Positions 10,465-20,949 of a stretch of DNA of 64,000 nucleotides are shown piece after piece (within the stretch, counting starts at the first letter, position 1; each line of letters starts with the position of its first letter). The position numbers were made by a program, and so were the translations under genes. The notes beneath the pieces are model-generated. The model was given only the letters and a program-made list of their open reading frames with translations. It ran no database searches and had not been told where the DNA came from. The DNA comes from Picochlorum sp. SENEW3 (lineage: Eukaryota): assembly GCA_034226945.1 (NCBI GenBank), contig CP120453.1:558001-622000 (forward strand). Direction: 5' to 3'.

Positions 10465-10609
10465 TGTTGGCATGAGAGGTTGATCCGGCCGATGGTGCAT
10501 CGGCCCATGGAAGAGACATCATCATCCGGATGACTGAATCCAGTCAGAAAAAACCTGACTCAGGATCGAGCTCTACCGGATCGAGTGGTGAGGTGTCCAT
10601 CATCAGCTC
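10465..10609 (+). pseudogene. Decayed fragment of the neighbouring Gly-rich repeat gene (matches 11977-12088)
   Basis: TGTTGGCA.GAGA.GTTGA.CCGGCCGATG...TCATCATCC...AGTCAG...GATCGAGCTCTAC.GG..CGAGTGGTG.GGTG...ATCAGCTC aligns by eye with 11977-12088, interrupted by 14-nt and 16-nt insertions. Confidence 0.8.
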
Positions 10610-11288
10610 AGAGTCCGAGCCTCCGACGAATCCGCACACTTGGCTGGGATTTCCCAAATAACTGGAACCAATATGCTCCTTCTGCTTCCTGGGGAATAAA
10701 ATGCCATTGATACGACTTCCCAAGCACGGATCATTCAAAATATGCCAACGAGTCGCGGCTGCTGCATGGCCAGCGGAACCTAGGACCTTGCACACAGTGG
10801 AGGTGGCGTCCCTAAAGCAGCCTGTTTGGTCGCTCGTATATCATCTGAATTCTGCAATCTTACTGATACGTCCGTGTATTTGAAAGATTGTCTTCCTGCC
10901 TATCAACCTTGGGCAACAAACAAAAGGGCTGACCACTCGTCAGTGAGCAGATTCCCCGGGACAGTCAATGCAAATCGGTACTTTCCATGGGCGGGAAACT
11001 CCCTCGGATCTGTCAGACACACCCTCTTTTCAACAGTCGCATAACGCCGCCGCATTGTCTGACCCAGATGAGCATCTATCTGGGTACTCTCTAGTGCTTG
11101 TACATCCTACGGAGGATCTAAGATTTGACTTTTTTCCGGGGACGAATAATCTGCATCATAGTTACTTAGGTGCTCAAGTTGTTGGGACAATGGCAGAAAT
11201 TAATTCATATTTTTATTTCGTTATCAATCCCATTCAATATTCAGTTGATTATTCTGAATTGTGTTTGAGATACATGTGCCAAGCGACG

Positions 11289-13064
11289 ATGAAGGTCCTG
11301 TGCTCTTTTCTGCTCCTTGCAACGCTGGCGTTGACCGCCGTTGCAAAGTCTGCAGACGGCGTGGCCCCTGCTCCAGCAGAGGATCGATTTATACTCCCAA
11401 AAGGTGCGCGTGTATGGTGTGCTTGACGCATACGGAGGTTGTGACGTGAACCTACAAGCCGCAACTGCTGCTCTCCCAAGGGCATCAATCCACCATCTAT
11501 GGTGACGTCTCATCACAATCTATCTCATGATCTTCATGATTCATTATTGAACGCATACATGCAGACCTCCCTGACGGAATTGTTTGCGAGGATGACAGCC
11601 CTTGCACAAACGAGAAGCCATACTGCCTCAAGCCCAAGTTGAAGAAGGAGGGCGTGTGTGTGTACGTTGACTTGGCCTTGTTGAAACATCTGGTGGCTGC
11701 ACTGCTGCTGCTTGATTATGTGCGCTGATGTGCTCACGTGATTTTCATCATGCAGGCAATGCCGTACAACATTGGACTGTGTTCCTGCCCAGGTGTGCAA
11801 CAAGGAGACATACAGGTGTGAGAGGAACATTTTCCTGTACACATTGGACTCTGAAGATTGGGATGAAGACTTTTCTTCGTATGCTACCATTCGAACTGGT
11901 GACGCCGTGGATACTGCTGGGTTCATCACCATCGAGGTTGGTACCAGTGGCTCTACAGAGGGCAGTGACCTCACCCTGTTGGCAGGAGACGTTGAACCGG
12001 CCGATGACGCATTGGGCGTTGGAGGAGACGTCATCATCCAGTCAGGATCGAGCTCTACTGGGCCGAGTGGTGCGGTGGACATCAGCTCGGACGATTCCGT
12101 CAGCTCTGGAGGCATCTCCATGCGAACTGGAAAGGCGTCCAATGGCGATTCTGGGCCTATCGAAATAACCACTGGCGATGCCACCGTCTCTGCTGGAGAC
12201 ATTCTCGTCCAGGTCGGCACCAGCGGCGACGGCGATGGCGGTGACCTCATCCTGTTTGCTGGTGATGCTGACGTTGTCGAAAATCGTGCTTTGGGTGACG
12301 GAGGGGACGTCATCATCCAGTCTGGGTCCAGTGCTGATAAGTCGAGCGGTAGTGTGGCCATCAGCTCGGAAGCATCACCAAGCACAGGAACCGTATCCGT
12401 GCAGACCGGGGATGCATCCACTGGTGACTCTGGCCCTCTTGAGCTGACGACTGGAAATGCCGAAGGATCTTCCGGAGATATTTCGGTTGTTGCTGGTGAG
12501 GCGACGTCTGGCTCTGGTGGTGATGTAATCATTACGGGTGGAAAGACCAATTCTGATGATGAGACTGGAGGCTTCGTCACAATCTCAGGTGGCGAAGGTC
12601 CAAACAACGAGGGAGGGTCTGTGGTAATCGTAGGAGGCGATGGGGTTGCTGGCGGAGATGTGACAATCAACGGAGGGCAACCTGATGGTGCGGTGATTAT
12701 TGGTTCACTCACGGATGATATCACCATCGGGAATGAGGATGCTGAGATTGCTGTCACTGGAGCAGTCACCTTGGATGGGTCTCTCACGTTCCCCAGTGCT
12801 ACAGGAGGGACATTGTTTGGTATTTACTATGGATCTTCGGACGCAACACCTGTTTTAGCTAATGACACTGCACCCATTGACATTTCAATTCCGGGCACAT
12901 CTCCAGGTGATGTTGCCTCCTGCTCAGTGAACGTCGCGGATCAGGTTGGCTTTGATTACATTCAGGTTGCAAACAACCAGGTGACCGTCCTGGCCAGAAA
13001 CTACGATGAAGAAAATGATGTCAATGTCATTGTTTTCTGCATGGTGCACGATTTTACGAGTTAA
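11289..13064 (+). CDS. Secreted acidic protein: Cys-rich module plus Gly/Ser/Thr-rich repeats (beta-solenoid-like); exons 11289-11403, 11565-11661, 11756-13064
   Basis: Signal peptide MKVLCSFLLLATLALTAVA. Introns 11404-11564 (GTGCGC..GCAG) and 11662-11755 (GTACGT..TGCAG) give a continuous frame CEDDSPCTNEKPYC...CVQCRTTLDCVPAQVCNKETYRC that leads into GDVIIQSGSS-type repeats. Confidence 0.8.
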
Positions 13065-13336
13065 AGCCATGATGATCAACGGATGGATGGATGCACAAAG
13101 AAGACAGTCGCCTTCCTGTCGTGAATGCAGGCAATTTTTGCCACTCACGCGGATCTATGACTTGTGCAATCTGCCACTTGCATAGCAAAGCAACTTTAAA
13201 GTACGATGCTGAATACATACGCTGGGGTCACCAAAAACTAGAGTTGGGCCAGTCCTTGTGTTGTGCAGAAGTTGCAACTATTTTGGTTCATACTATTGTC
13301 TATATAAAACCGAAAAGCATGTAAATAATATAAGCA

Positions 13337-15019
13337 TCAGCATTGCATCATCATATTTGCATGGACAAGGTCGTCTGCAAGTGACTCAATATCTCTCTGA
13401 GCAGCCCGTCTCATCTCATCGGCTGTAGGTGCATCAATGGACTCTTTTCTCGAGTCCAAAGACTGTCTGTGGGGCAGCTGAGATAAGGACCCACCACTGC
13501 CCTGCATGGCCGTACTGACAGATTTTGGCGAGTCTATGGATGGTTCCTTCTTCATATCAAATCCCGTTGCAGCTGCTGACGATCCTAACACATATTCGAC
13601 AGTGATCTGTCTCCATAATAGTTCTCCTTGCTTGGCACACCGATCTTGCAGGTATGACAAGGCATCAGGAGATTCCATGGGAGTTCGCTGCATGGCACCA
13701 AGGATGGCTGTGGAAAAGGACAGTGCCGCTTGCCACGCAAACGTTCCGAGTTCTCCACACGTGGCTTCCCAGTACTCTGATAATTTATCAGTAATACATT
13801 GCATTACAGATCCAGTATCAGCAGGTCCACCGTCGGACGGAGAGTATTCCTCTACAAGCAGGACGGATGATCGATACGGCTCTTCATAGGTATCTGGAGA
13901 ATCATCTATACATATAAAAGGCGCCGCCAGATGCGTTTCCGCATACTGATCATGCACGGTCGAGCACGATAAAGCAATCAACGCCGTCTTGTGAGCAGCC
14001 TTGGCCAACGTATCGGGATAGGTGCTCGACACACGGGCATGCCACGCATCCCTGGGAATGATTCTGGACCCTGGGTCGAGCCCTTGCCAGATCAACTCGA
14101 CGTACTCCTTCTTCCCTTTTGAACACAAGAACACCAAATATTTGTCTAAATTATCCAAAAGGTGTGCTCTAAACATTCCCCAGCCTCGCCGGACACGAAC
14201 ACGATACCTCCACTCGACACCCGACCTGGTCCATGCCATGACAAACACACGATCCTGCCTAGCATCAGCATCCTCAGACCCAGGCACATGCGCAAACCTT
14301 GCCTCAAGCTTCTGACCCGTCGACGTCTCCACGTCTGTTCTAATCCATTGTAAATCATCATCATCAATAGTATCACCTTCGTCCAACGTCGCATCCACCA
14401 GGGTATTGTCCAGATCCAGCACAACTGCCACCTGCTTATCCTGCCGGAGCGCCTCACACAGCTCCACTGCCTTGACATTCGTCGCATACACTAAAAAGTA
14501 CAGAGAATCCTTCGCAGCGACATCTGGATTTCTAGGAACAAGAACCACATCCACATCCCTCGTTCGACTCACGAGGGTCAACCCCTCATCATGACACAAC
14601 CGGCACAGCTCCAGCAACTGCCCACTATGCACCTCCTCCCCTGGAATACGACCCACCAGAGCATCAGGCCCTCTATTATTCATCAAATTCTGCACCCCCA
14701 AAGCAGGAAGACTAATTTTACGCAACTCAAACCCCTCCAAAATCTGCCTAATCACCGGATGCGTCGCTGTCGAAAAATACAGGCGAGCAACAATGCCTCC
14801 AGGCATGTCCTCATCCTGCTCCTCCACCTGGGTGCCAGAATGACGACGATACGCCCCTTCCGCCGCAGAACTCAGCACCAATCTACAGTTCCCCCAAGGA
14901 ACAGATCCCTGATTACCTCCACTCATAGGAGACGGAGGTCTGTGCGATGACTCGGCAATAATCCTCGACAATTGCTGCCGAGAATCGGACAGACTCCGTT
15001 GCAAATGTCGCGAGGACAT
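13337..15019 (-). CDS. HAD-superfamily FCP1/CPL-like CTD phosphatase-related protein
   Basis: VVLDLDNTL (DxDxT), VRVRRGW, VFLCSKGKKEY and ICIDDSP motifs of the FCP1/NIF catalytic domain. Confidence 0.7.
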   Translation of the reverse strand: MSSRHLQRSLSDSRQQLSRIIAESSHRPPSPMSGGNQGSVPWGNCRLVLSSAAEGAYRRHSGTQVEEQDEDMPGGIVARLYFSTATHPVIRQILEGFELRKISLPALGVQNLMNNRGPDALVGRIPGEEVHSGQLLELCRLCHDEGLTLVSRTRDVDVVLVPRNPDVAAKDSLYFLVYATNVKAVELCEALRQDKQVAVVLDLDNTLVDATLDEGDTIDDDDLQWIRTDVETSTGQKLEARFAHVPGSEDADARQDRVFVMAWTRSGVEWRYRVRVRRGWGMFRAHLLDNLDKYLVFLCSKGKKEYVELIWQGLDPGSRIIPRDAWHARVSSTYPDTLAKAAHKTALIALSCSTVHDQYAETHLAAPFICIDDSPDTYEEPYRSSVLLVEEYSPSDGGPADTGSVMQCITDKLSEYWEATCGELGTFAWQAALSFSTAILGAMQRTPMESPDALSYLQDRCAKQGELLWRQITVEYVLGSSAAATGFDMKKEPSIDSPKSVSTAMQGSGGSLSQLPHRQSLDSRKESIDAPTADEMRRAAQRDIESLADDLVHANMMMQC

Positions 15020-15471
15020 GTGTGCAATAGTCTACACGAGGACGCCTTGTTTCGAATCGACACCACCTACAAATAGATATTAATACAGAACTATGCTATA
15101 AAAGACCGTAAGACAACGTGGGTCTCCTGCTCCTAGAAGTACGCTGAGAATATGTCTCTTCTGGAAACTGGGGACAGTTTGGCACTGGAGTTATCTACTC
15201 GCGTTGATATTCAGAACCATTCTCTTGCATATATATATATACGTAAGGATTTATTATAAAGGAATAGTTCTGTAGGTATGAGAGCGCCTGTGTTTTCTCA
15301 CCTAGTACCATAAGATTCCTGGGGATCTTTTGGTAGTACCGAGAGATCTCTCTCTGCATGCAGCATGATACCATTCGAATCGAACAAGGACACGCGCCAT
15401 GCAGATTCAACAGCACGATTGAATGAATCCAAAAATTACATCTACGTAAGGCATACGTTCTGATTGACCCT

Positions 15472-15933
15472 ATGGCGTCGAGCAAGACGAGGTTGTTGAA
15501 GGAATTAAAATCATGTACACAGCAGTCTCACAAGGATATCGGTGTCTTGGAATTATTGCCTGATGAGAGGAATATGTATGAATGGGTTGCTATACTTGAA
15601 GGTCCAGCGGAAACGCCGTATCATGGAGGTCGGTTTCGAGTGAAATTCGTGGTTCCTCCGACGTACCCCATGGCACCTCCGCAGGCGTCTTTTTTGACGA
15701 CGATATTTCATCCGAATGTGCATTTTAAGACTGGTGAGATATGTTTGGATATATTGAAGAATGCGTGGAGTCCGGCGTGGACGTTGTTGTCTGTGTGTCA
15801 GGCTATTGTGGCTCTGTTGCACGAGCCAGCTGCTGATAGTCCTTTGAATTGTGATGCTGGGAATTTGCTTCGGGCGGGTGATATGCGGGCGTATAATGGG
15901 TTGGCTCGGATGTATACGATCGAGTATGCGTAA
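15472..15933 (+). CDS. PEX4: Ubiquitin-conjugating enzyme E2, peroxin 4
   Basis: FHPNVHFKTGEICLDILKNAWSPAWTL and DSPLNCDAGNLLRAGD are characteristic of plant PEX4/UBC21. Confidence 0.9.
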   Translation: MASSKTRLLKELKSCTQQSHKDIGVLELLPDERNMYEWVAILEGPAETPYHGGRFRVKFVVPPTYPMAPPQASFLTTIFHPNVHFKTGEICLDILKNAWSPAWTLLSVCQAIVALLHEPAADSPLNCDAGNLLRAGDMRAYNGLARMYTIEYA

Positions 15934-16080
15934 CGATATAATAATGGACGGGGTGTTTGGAGTGCGAGTACAAGCAGCTCAATAATAATGTAGGACATGT
16001 ACCTGTGTGTACAAGAGTAGTACTAGTATATGCCGTGATGGTGTGTGTACCATTCATGCGAGCAGCAGTTACATACATAT

Positions 16081-17805
16081 TCATGATAGAAACGATGAAG
16101 AAGAAGAAGATGCACCAGAAGATGCGGATATAAGTGCGTCGAGATTTTGGAGCACATGGCTGGGGCCATGTGGTGGGATGTTGTAGGCTTGAAGGAGCTG
16201 GATGACGTCCTTGTTCAGAAGGAATACGGCAATGGCGAATCGGGGTCTATCTTTGTTTGATAGACAGAATAAGGGAAACTCTGATATGGTGTCTGCGTCT
16301 GGGTACTGCCCTGCTGGTCTGTATGTGTCAATGATGGTGCTGTGCGAGCCTTTGAATACGATTGGATAGCGAAGAGGTACATCCAGGTATTCGCTCATTT
16401 TTGCCACCATGTGCGCTGCATAGCCGAGAGCGATACTCGACTCTCTATCTATAGTGGCATCCCACTGATACCCTTCTGCATCAAATGCATGCTTCCATGA
16501 TGCTGGATCGAGCCGCTGTCCTCTGACACTGTAGATGGCACTGGTGTGGGGTCGACCAATCATGGATTCTCCATCTGATGCACCAGACCATGTGATGTCC
16601 ATTCGAGCTTCTAGTTCAGTTTGAGAACTAGTTGTTTGCCTTCTCATATGCAATGCATTGGTAGGAGTTGATGATGCACGTATGTCATACATGCGTCCCA
16701 AATCTTTGAGTATGACGCGTCGACGGGCATCTAATTGCGTGCTGATACCATCAATCCTGCCCTGGCCTTGTACTCCTTCCAACGCCTGTTTACTATGACA
16801 TACTTTACTTGATGCTTGCACAAGAGCTTGTAACGTATGTATAAGAGCCTGTGATTTGATTTTGGATTCCTCCTGCATGTCATGGAGTTTCTTGAGATGC
16901 TTTTCCTTGGCATCTTCAAGTCTCTCGTGAGTGGACTGTAACTCTCGTATGCGATTTTTCAATGACGTGATGCGCTTTTGCTTCTCTAGGACATGCTGAT
17001 ATTCTTTCTGTTTCCGTCGACACATGCGTTCCATGTGCTTTGATTCGTCATATGCCATCTGCCATGCATGCTGCAGTGCATGCGTCTTTTGGATGGCCAC
17101 GCGGATATCTGTTGGGGTAGTCGTCTGACGTCCTGCAGGTTGATGTTCGACAAAAGTAAATCTCTCCGTCACTGTCGCTGCGACATTACCAAAAGATGTC
17201 AATTCGAGCTTTTCCAGGAGAGATGTACTCGTCGCATCATCATGCTGTGGTTGATTCTCTGCAAGAGTTTTTTGATTGATGCCTTCCTTATCTTTGCTCT
17301 CCACCAAGGGAATGACTTCACCATCATTCATCTCTATTGATAGATGTAAATTAGGCACCCTATGATTAGGGTCTGAGAAACGATGCACACGACAATCTCC
17401 ATGACCAATAAAGTCTATATGCCATCCATCCACACAGTCTGCCGAGTGAATCACCATCAGATCATCATGGTCATCATCATTGTCGCCATCCGATGAAAAA
17501 GTCATATCAAATACTCGAGAGTACTCTAAATCCACGTCAGCGGCATCCCGCATCGCATACACATGGATCCTACACTGCCGGGCAGACCGCAGACTGGGCA
17601 TCCCAACTGGAAACAATGCTGCTCTTGGCAACGGTTGCCACTCATTCTTTTGACCAGACAGAACATCACTTCGATATAGTATACTCCATTGATCAAAATG
17701 CTCAGCACTGCTGCGAACGGAGATGGTGAAGAAGAGATTCTCTTTAGAAACTCCAACACCAGGTCTCTCACAACCAACCCCAACAATATCGCTCAGGAAA
17801 TACAT
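16081..17805 (-). CDS. UVRAG/VPS38/ATG14-family PI3K complex subunit
   Basis: N-terminal C2-like region, central coiled coil, and C-terminal ALGYAAHMV..YLDVPLRYPI..GSHSTI and FAIAVFLLNKDVIQLL. Confidence 0.8.
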   Translation of the reverse strand: MYFLSDIVGVGCERPGVGVSKENLFFTISVRSSAEHFDQWSILYRSDVLSGQKNEWQPLPRAALFPVGMPSLRSARQCRIHVYAMRDAADVDLEYSRVFDMTFSSDGDNDDDHDDLMVIHSADCVDGWHIDFIGHGDCRVHRFSDPNHRVPNLHLSIEMNDGEVIPLVESKDKEGINQKTLAENQPQHDDATSTSLLEKLELTSFGNVAATVTERFTFVEHQPAGRQTTTPTDIRVAIQKTHALQHAWQMAYDESKHMERMCRRKQKEYQHVLEKQKRITSLKNRIRELQSTHERLEDAKEKHLKKLHDMQEESKIKSQALIHTLQALVQASSKVCHSKQALEGVQGQGRIDGISTQLDARRRVILKDLGRMYDIRASSTPTNALHMRRQTTSSQTELEARMDITWSGASDGESMIGRPHTSAIYSVRGQRLDPASWKHAFDAEGYQWDATIDRESSIALGYAAHMVAKMSEYLDVPLRYPIVFKGSHSTIIDTYRPAGQYPDADTISEFPLFCLSNKDRPRFAIAVFLLNKDVIQLLQAYNIPPHGPSHVLQNLDALISASSGASSSSSSFLS

Positions 17806-18231
17806 TCATCCAGCATTGACAATAGTGTTCATGGACTATTAGTATTATTTCTATGCATACATCATGCAATAAGATGAAGAAAGGACTGAAACACACAAAT
17901 CTGTTTTGAATTCATAAACTCGATTGAGTTTAGAGGTATCGCTGGTGAACAATAAGGCCCAGTTTGACTTTTATGAGAACTCTTGGTAGCTCTTATTGCT
18001 ATAGAAAAATCATTTCATGTCTTTTTGTTACCCTAGAATGCGTTGCTCTTGTACCTCGATGGAAGAAAGAACACTCTAAATGTTCTATTGACGGAGAGAC
18101 AGCACCTGTGACGCTGATTTTGTCCTTGGGTTGTGGATTCAATCAAACAGGATCATGTGTATCAAATCATACTCAAATTTAGATAAAATAAAGCTGCTGG
18201 GTATCATCGTAGTCATCAATACAAGCAAAGC

Positions 18232-19158
18232 ATGGCACATCTTGCAGAAGAAGAAGAAGTTCCTCACTCTCTTGAATCGGATATTCTTGTGACTGAAGAG
18301 CCTGATGTGTCTATTAAAGATATCGTTGAGGAATGTACAGATCGAGAGATCAAGACTGTGGTCATCCTTGTTGGTATGCTGTGTTTGCTTCTTGTCTACT
18401 CCTCAGGGTGTTATTTGACTGACTACATGTTCTTCTATATGTCTTTGACTGCAGCAATGGAAGCTGAAGCGCTGCCCATGGTGAAGAGTTTAAATCTTGT
18501 AAAGGATGATCCTCCTGTGATTGCGTCTCCGGCGCCATGCATCTCCTATTCAGGGTCCGATTGGGGGATGAAGGTCCATCTTGTCTGTTTTGGAAAATGC
18601 AAGGATACTGGCATGGATACTGTCGGCACAGCGCCAGCATCGTTGTTTACATATTTAGCCATTCAGGCATTTTCTCCAGATATTGTTGTTTCTGCTGGGA
18701 CTGCCGGGGGATTTAAGAGCAAAGGGGCGAGTATTGCAGATATTTTTGTGGCCACAGCGACAGTCAATCACGACAGGAGAATACCAATTCCTGGTTTTCA
18801 AGAGTATGGTGTTGGTAAACGGTTGACACTGTCTGCACCTGCTATGAGAAGGGAATTGGGTTTGAAGGCTGGTGTGGTGTCGTCGGGGAACTCTCTGGAT
18901 TATACACAGGAGGACATGGCACTGATGGAGCAGCATGAGGCAGCAGTGAAGGAGATGGAAGCGGCAGCTGTTGCATGGTCTGCATCCTTTTTTAAATGTC
19001 CTTTGATTTGTTTGAAAAGTATTACGGATATTGTGGATGGCGATAAGCCGGCGCAGGATGAGTTTTTGGAGAATCTTCACAAGTCAGCAGATGCATTACA
19101 GGCAATTATTCCAAAGGCACTTCAATTCATGGCAGGGAAAAAATTGAGTGAATTGTAA
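18232..19158 (+). CDS. MTN: 5'-methylthioadenosine/S-adenosylhomocysteine nucleosidase (exons 18232-18373, 18455-19158)
   Basis: SAGTAGGF, HDRRIPIP, SSGNSLD, KEMEAAAVA and KSITDIVDG. Removing the 81-nt GTATGC..TGCAG intron restores VILVAMEAEALP. Confidence 0.92.
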   Translation: MAHLAEEEEVPHSLESDILVTEEPDVSIKDIVEECTDREIKTVVILVGMLCLLLVYSSGCYLTDYMFFYMSLTAAMEAEALPMVKSLNLVKDDPPVIASPAPCISYSGSDWGMKVHLVCFGKCKDTGMDTVGTAPASLFTYLAIQAFSPDIVVSAGTAGGFKSKGASIADIFVATATVNHDRRIPIPGFQEYGVGKRLTLSAPAMRRELGLKAGVVSSGNSLDYTQEDMALMEQHEAAVKEMEAAAVAWSASFFKCPLICLKSITDIVDGDKPAQDEFLENLHKSADALQAIIPKALQFMAGKKLSEL

Positions 19159-19165
19159 CATAGAT

Positions 19166-20710
19166 TTAATGTATGACAACGACAGGTATTGTTGCGTTGT
19201 GGTCGACAAAATTGGCGACACTGCCGAGCAGCATCTCAGGGAATCCTCCACGAGAGTGTGATCCTAGACAGATGAGCTGGGCATTCCAGTCATCAGCACG
19301 CTCCAAAATTGCCTCTCCAATACCCTGGCTACTTCCATCTGATAACTCGAGTACAATCTCGGATCTAAAATCAACTCCTGCGTTTCGTAAAGGTTTTGCA
19401 AACCGCTCGTCCATGACTCTGTCGAATGATTCTTTGTAATCATTGGTGATTGAACTTGACAGCATAAAGCTTGTAGGAGACACGCCCATGGCTGGTGTCA
19501 TGTATACTTGCAAAAGCGATGGAATCGACGGGATCATATGTAAAAGTACGATGACATCCCCTTTTCTATATACCGTGTTTGATACCCATGATACTGCTGC
19601 TGAACTGGCATCAGTGTCATCAACAGGCACCATGATGATTCTGTGATTGTCTCTGCTGTCCAACAACCCCTTTCCCATTGATTCGTCATCATATAATAAT
19701 CCTGGAATCTCACAAATCGTCTGGCCGATCAGATTGGTATCGTCAGCGTCGCTGAAATCGTCTGATGTGACCACACCAGGAGTGTCTTGACCCTCATCAT
19801 GCTCTGGGAGAGAAATGTTTGCATACATTGGACCAGCAGCGGCGGAGATTGTCTTCGAGTCGCCATAATCACGCTTATCTGTGATACTTGCATATGCATG
19901 TGTCGCAACGTCAAGCCATTTCGTTATCTGTTCCTCGAGTTTTCTTGTAACTTGAGCAATCCTGTTTCCCTGCGTTCGGGCTTTTGAATCATGAAAGACG
20001 ACAACTGGCACATGTGCATGCCTCGCAGAATCAGCAGCAACAGATCCCGTAAGAGCCTCGGCCAAACCACCTCTGCTATGAGATGCGATGACCATACCAT
20101 CCACGCCATATCGCTCAGCTGTCTCTGAGAGAAGCGTTGCAATCTCATGTTTCATACTCATTCCAGCAGTTGTCAGCTCTTTGTGATTCAATACAAGATA
20201 CGACACGTCTGAATTATCTCCAAATACCTCATCCACAAACTGTTTCACAGTTTCATTCATCTGCTCTTCAATTCTATCCTGCATCTCCATCATTCGTGCC
20301 ACATTAATGCTTGCCAAGCGACCATCTGGCAATGTATAGACAGCCTCCATTGGAAAGGGAATAACACAATGGACAAGGATGATTTCATCCCCAGGCTGGT
20401 ACATGTTTTCCATAACCCACAAACACATTTCTTTGGACCCTGTGGACAGGTCGACTGCGACCAAAAATCGATGTTTCGAACGGTTTCGTGAAACGGAAGC
20501 TCCTGCCACGTGTGCCACGTGTGCAGGCAAAGCGCTTGGCCTGACTGTCGACATGGGTACCAATGCACGAATATTGAAATGATGAGTCACAGAAATCCTT
20601 TTGGATAGGATACAGCGTGTATTCAATATCCCACTGGTATTATTCCAAGGAGACCAAACGATGCCGTTTGGACATTGCTTTGAGCAACTTCGTTGCATGA
20701 TCGCGACCAT
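19166..20710 (-). CDS. Tandem universal stress protein (two USP domains) with N-terminal extension
   Basis: FLVAVDLS...IASHSRGG...TGSVA...VPVVVFH and IMVPVDDT...LGSHSRGG..LLGSVA..IPVVVIH. First ATG at 20710. Confidence 0.88.
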   Translation of the reverse strand: MVAIMQRSCSKQCPNGIVWSPWNNTSGILNTRCILSKRISVTHHFNIRALVPMSTVRPSALPAHVAHVAGASVSRNRSKHRFLVAVDLSTGSKEMCLWVMENMYQPGDEIILVHCVIPFPMEAVYTLPDGRLASINVARMMEMQDRIEEQMNETVKQFVDEVFGDNSDVSYLVLNHKELTTAGMSMKHEIATLLSETAERYGVDGMVIASHSRGGLAEALTGSVAADSARHAHVPVVVFHDSKARTQGNRIAQVTRKLEEQITKWLDVATHAYASITDKRDYGDSKTISAAAGPMYANISLPEHDEGQDTPGVVTSDDFSDADDTNLIGQTICEIPGLLYDDESMGKGLLDSRDNHRIIMVPVDDTDASSAAVSWVSNTVYRKGDVIVLLHMIPSIPSLLQVYMTPAMGVSPTSFMLSSSITNDYKESFDRVMDERFAKPLRNAGVDFRSEIVLELSDGSSQGIGEAILERADDWNAQLICLGSHSRGGFPEMLLGSVANFVDHNATIPVVVIH

Positions 20711-20949
20711 CTCTATCACTCACTACCCATTAAATGAATATATTTATATGTCAATTGAATTTTCGGTTTAGGTTGAATGGCAATCGACGCTGTATTATGT
20801 CGTACATGATTTGTGACTTGAAAAAACGTGCTCAACGTGGCGCCTGTTCAAACCAAAGATCAAAACAGAGCCGCACAGCAACCTACCGGTAATTTAAAAT
20901 ATATTTGATATTTCATAGATGTATTTGAATGAATATGGGATACTAATAG

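Noticed and set aside
10219..10533. 104-aa ORF with NMP/KYA repeats as a possible transposase remnant
   Set aside because: It is only a translation of the AAATATGCC subterminal repeats, crosses the TIR, and has no transposase motifs.
11534..12787. 417-aa minus-strand ORF
   Set aside because: Antisense shadow of the Gly-rich repeat gene. The + strand has the signal peptide and coherent splicing.
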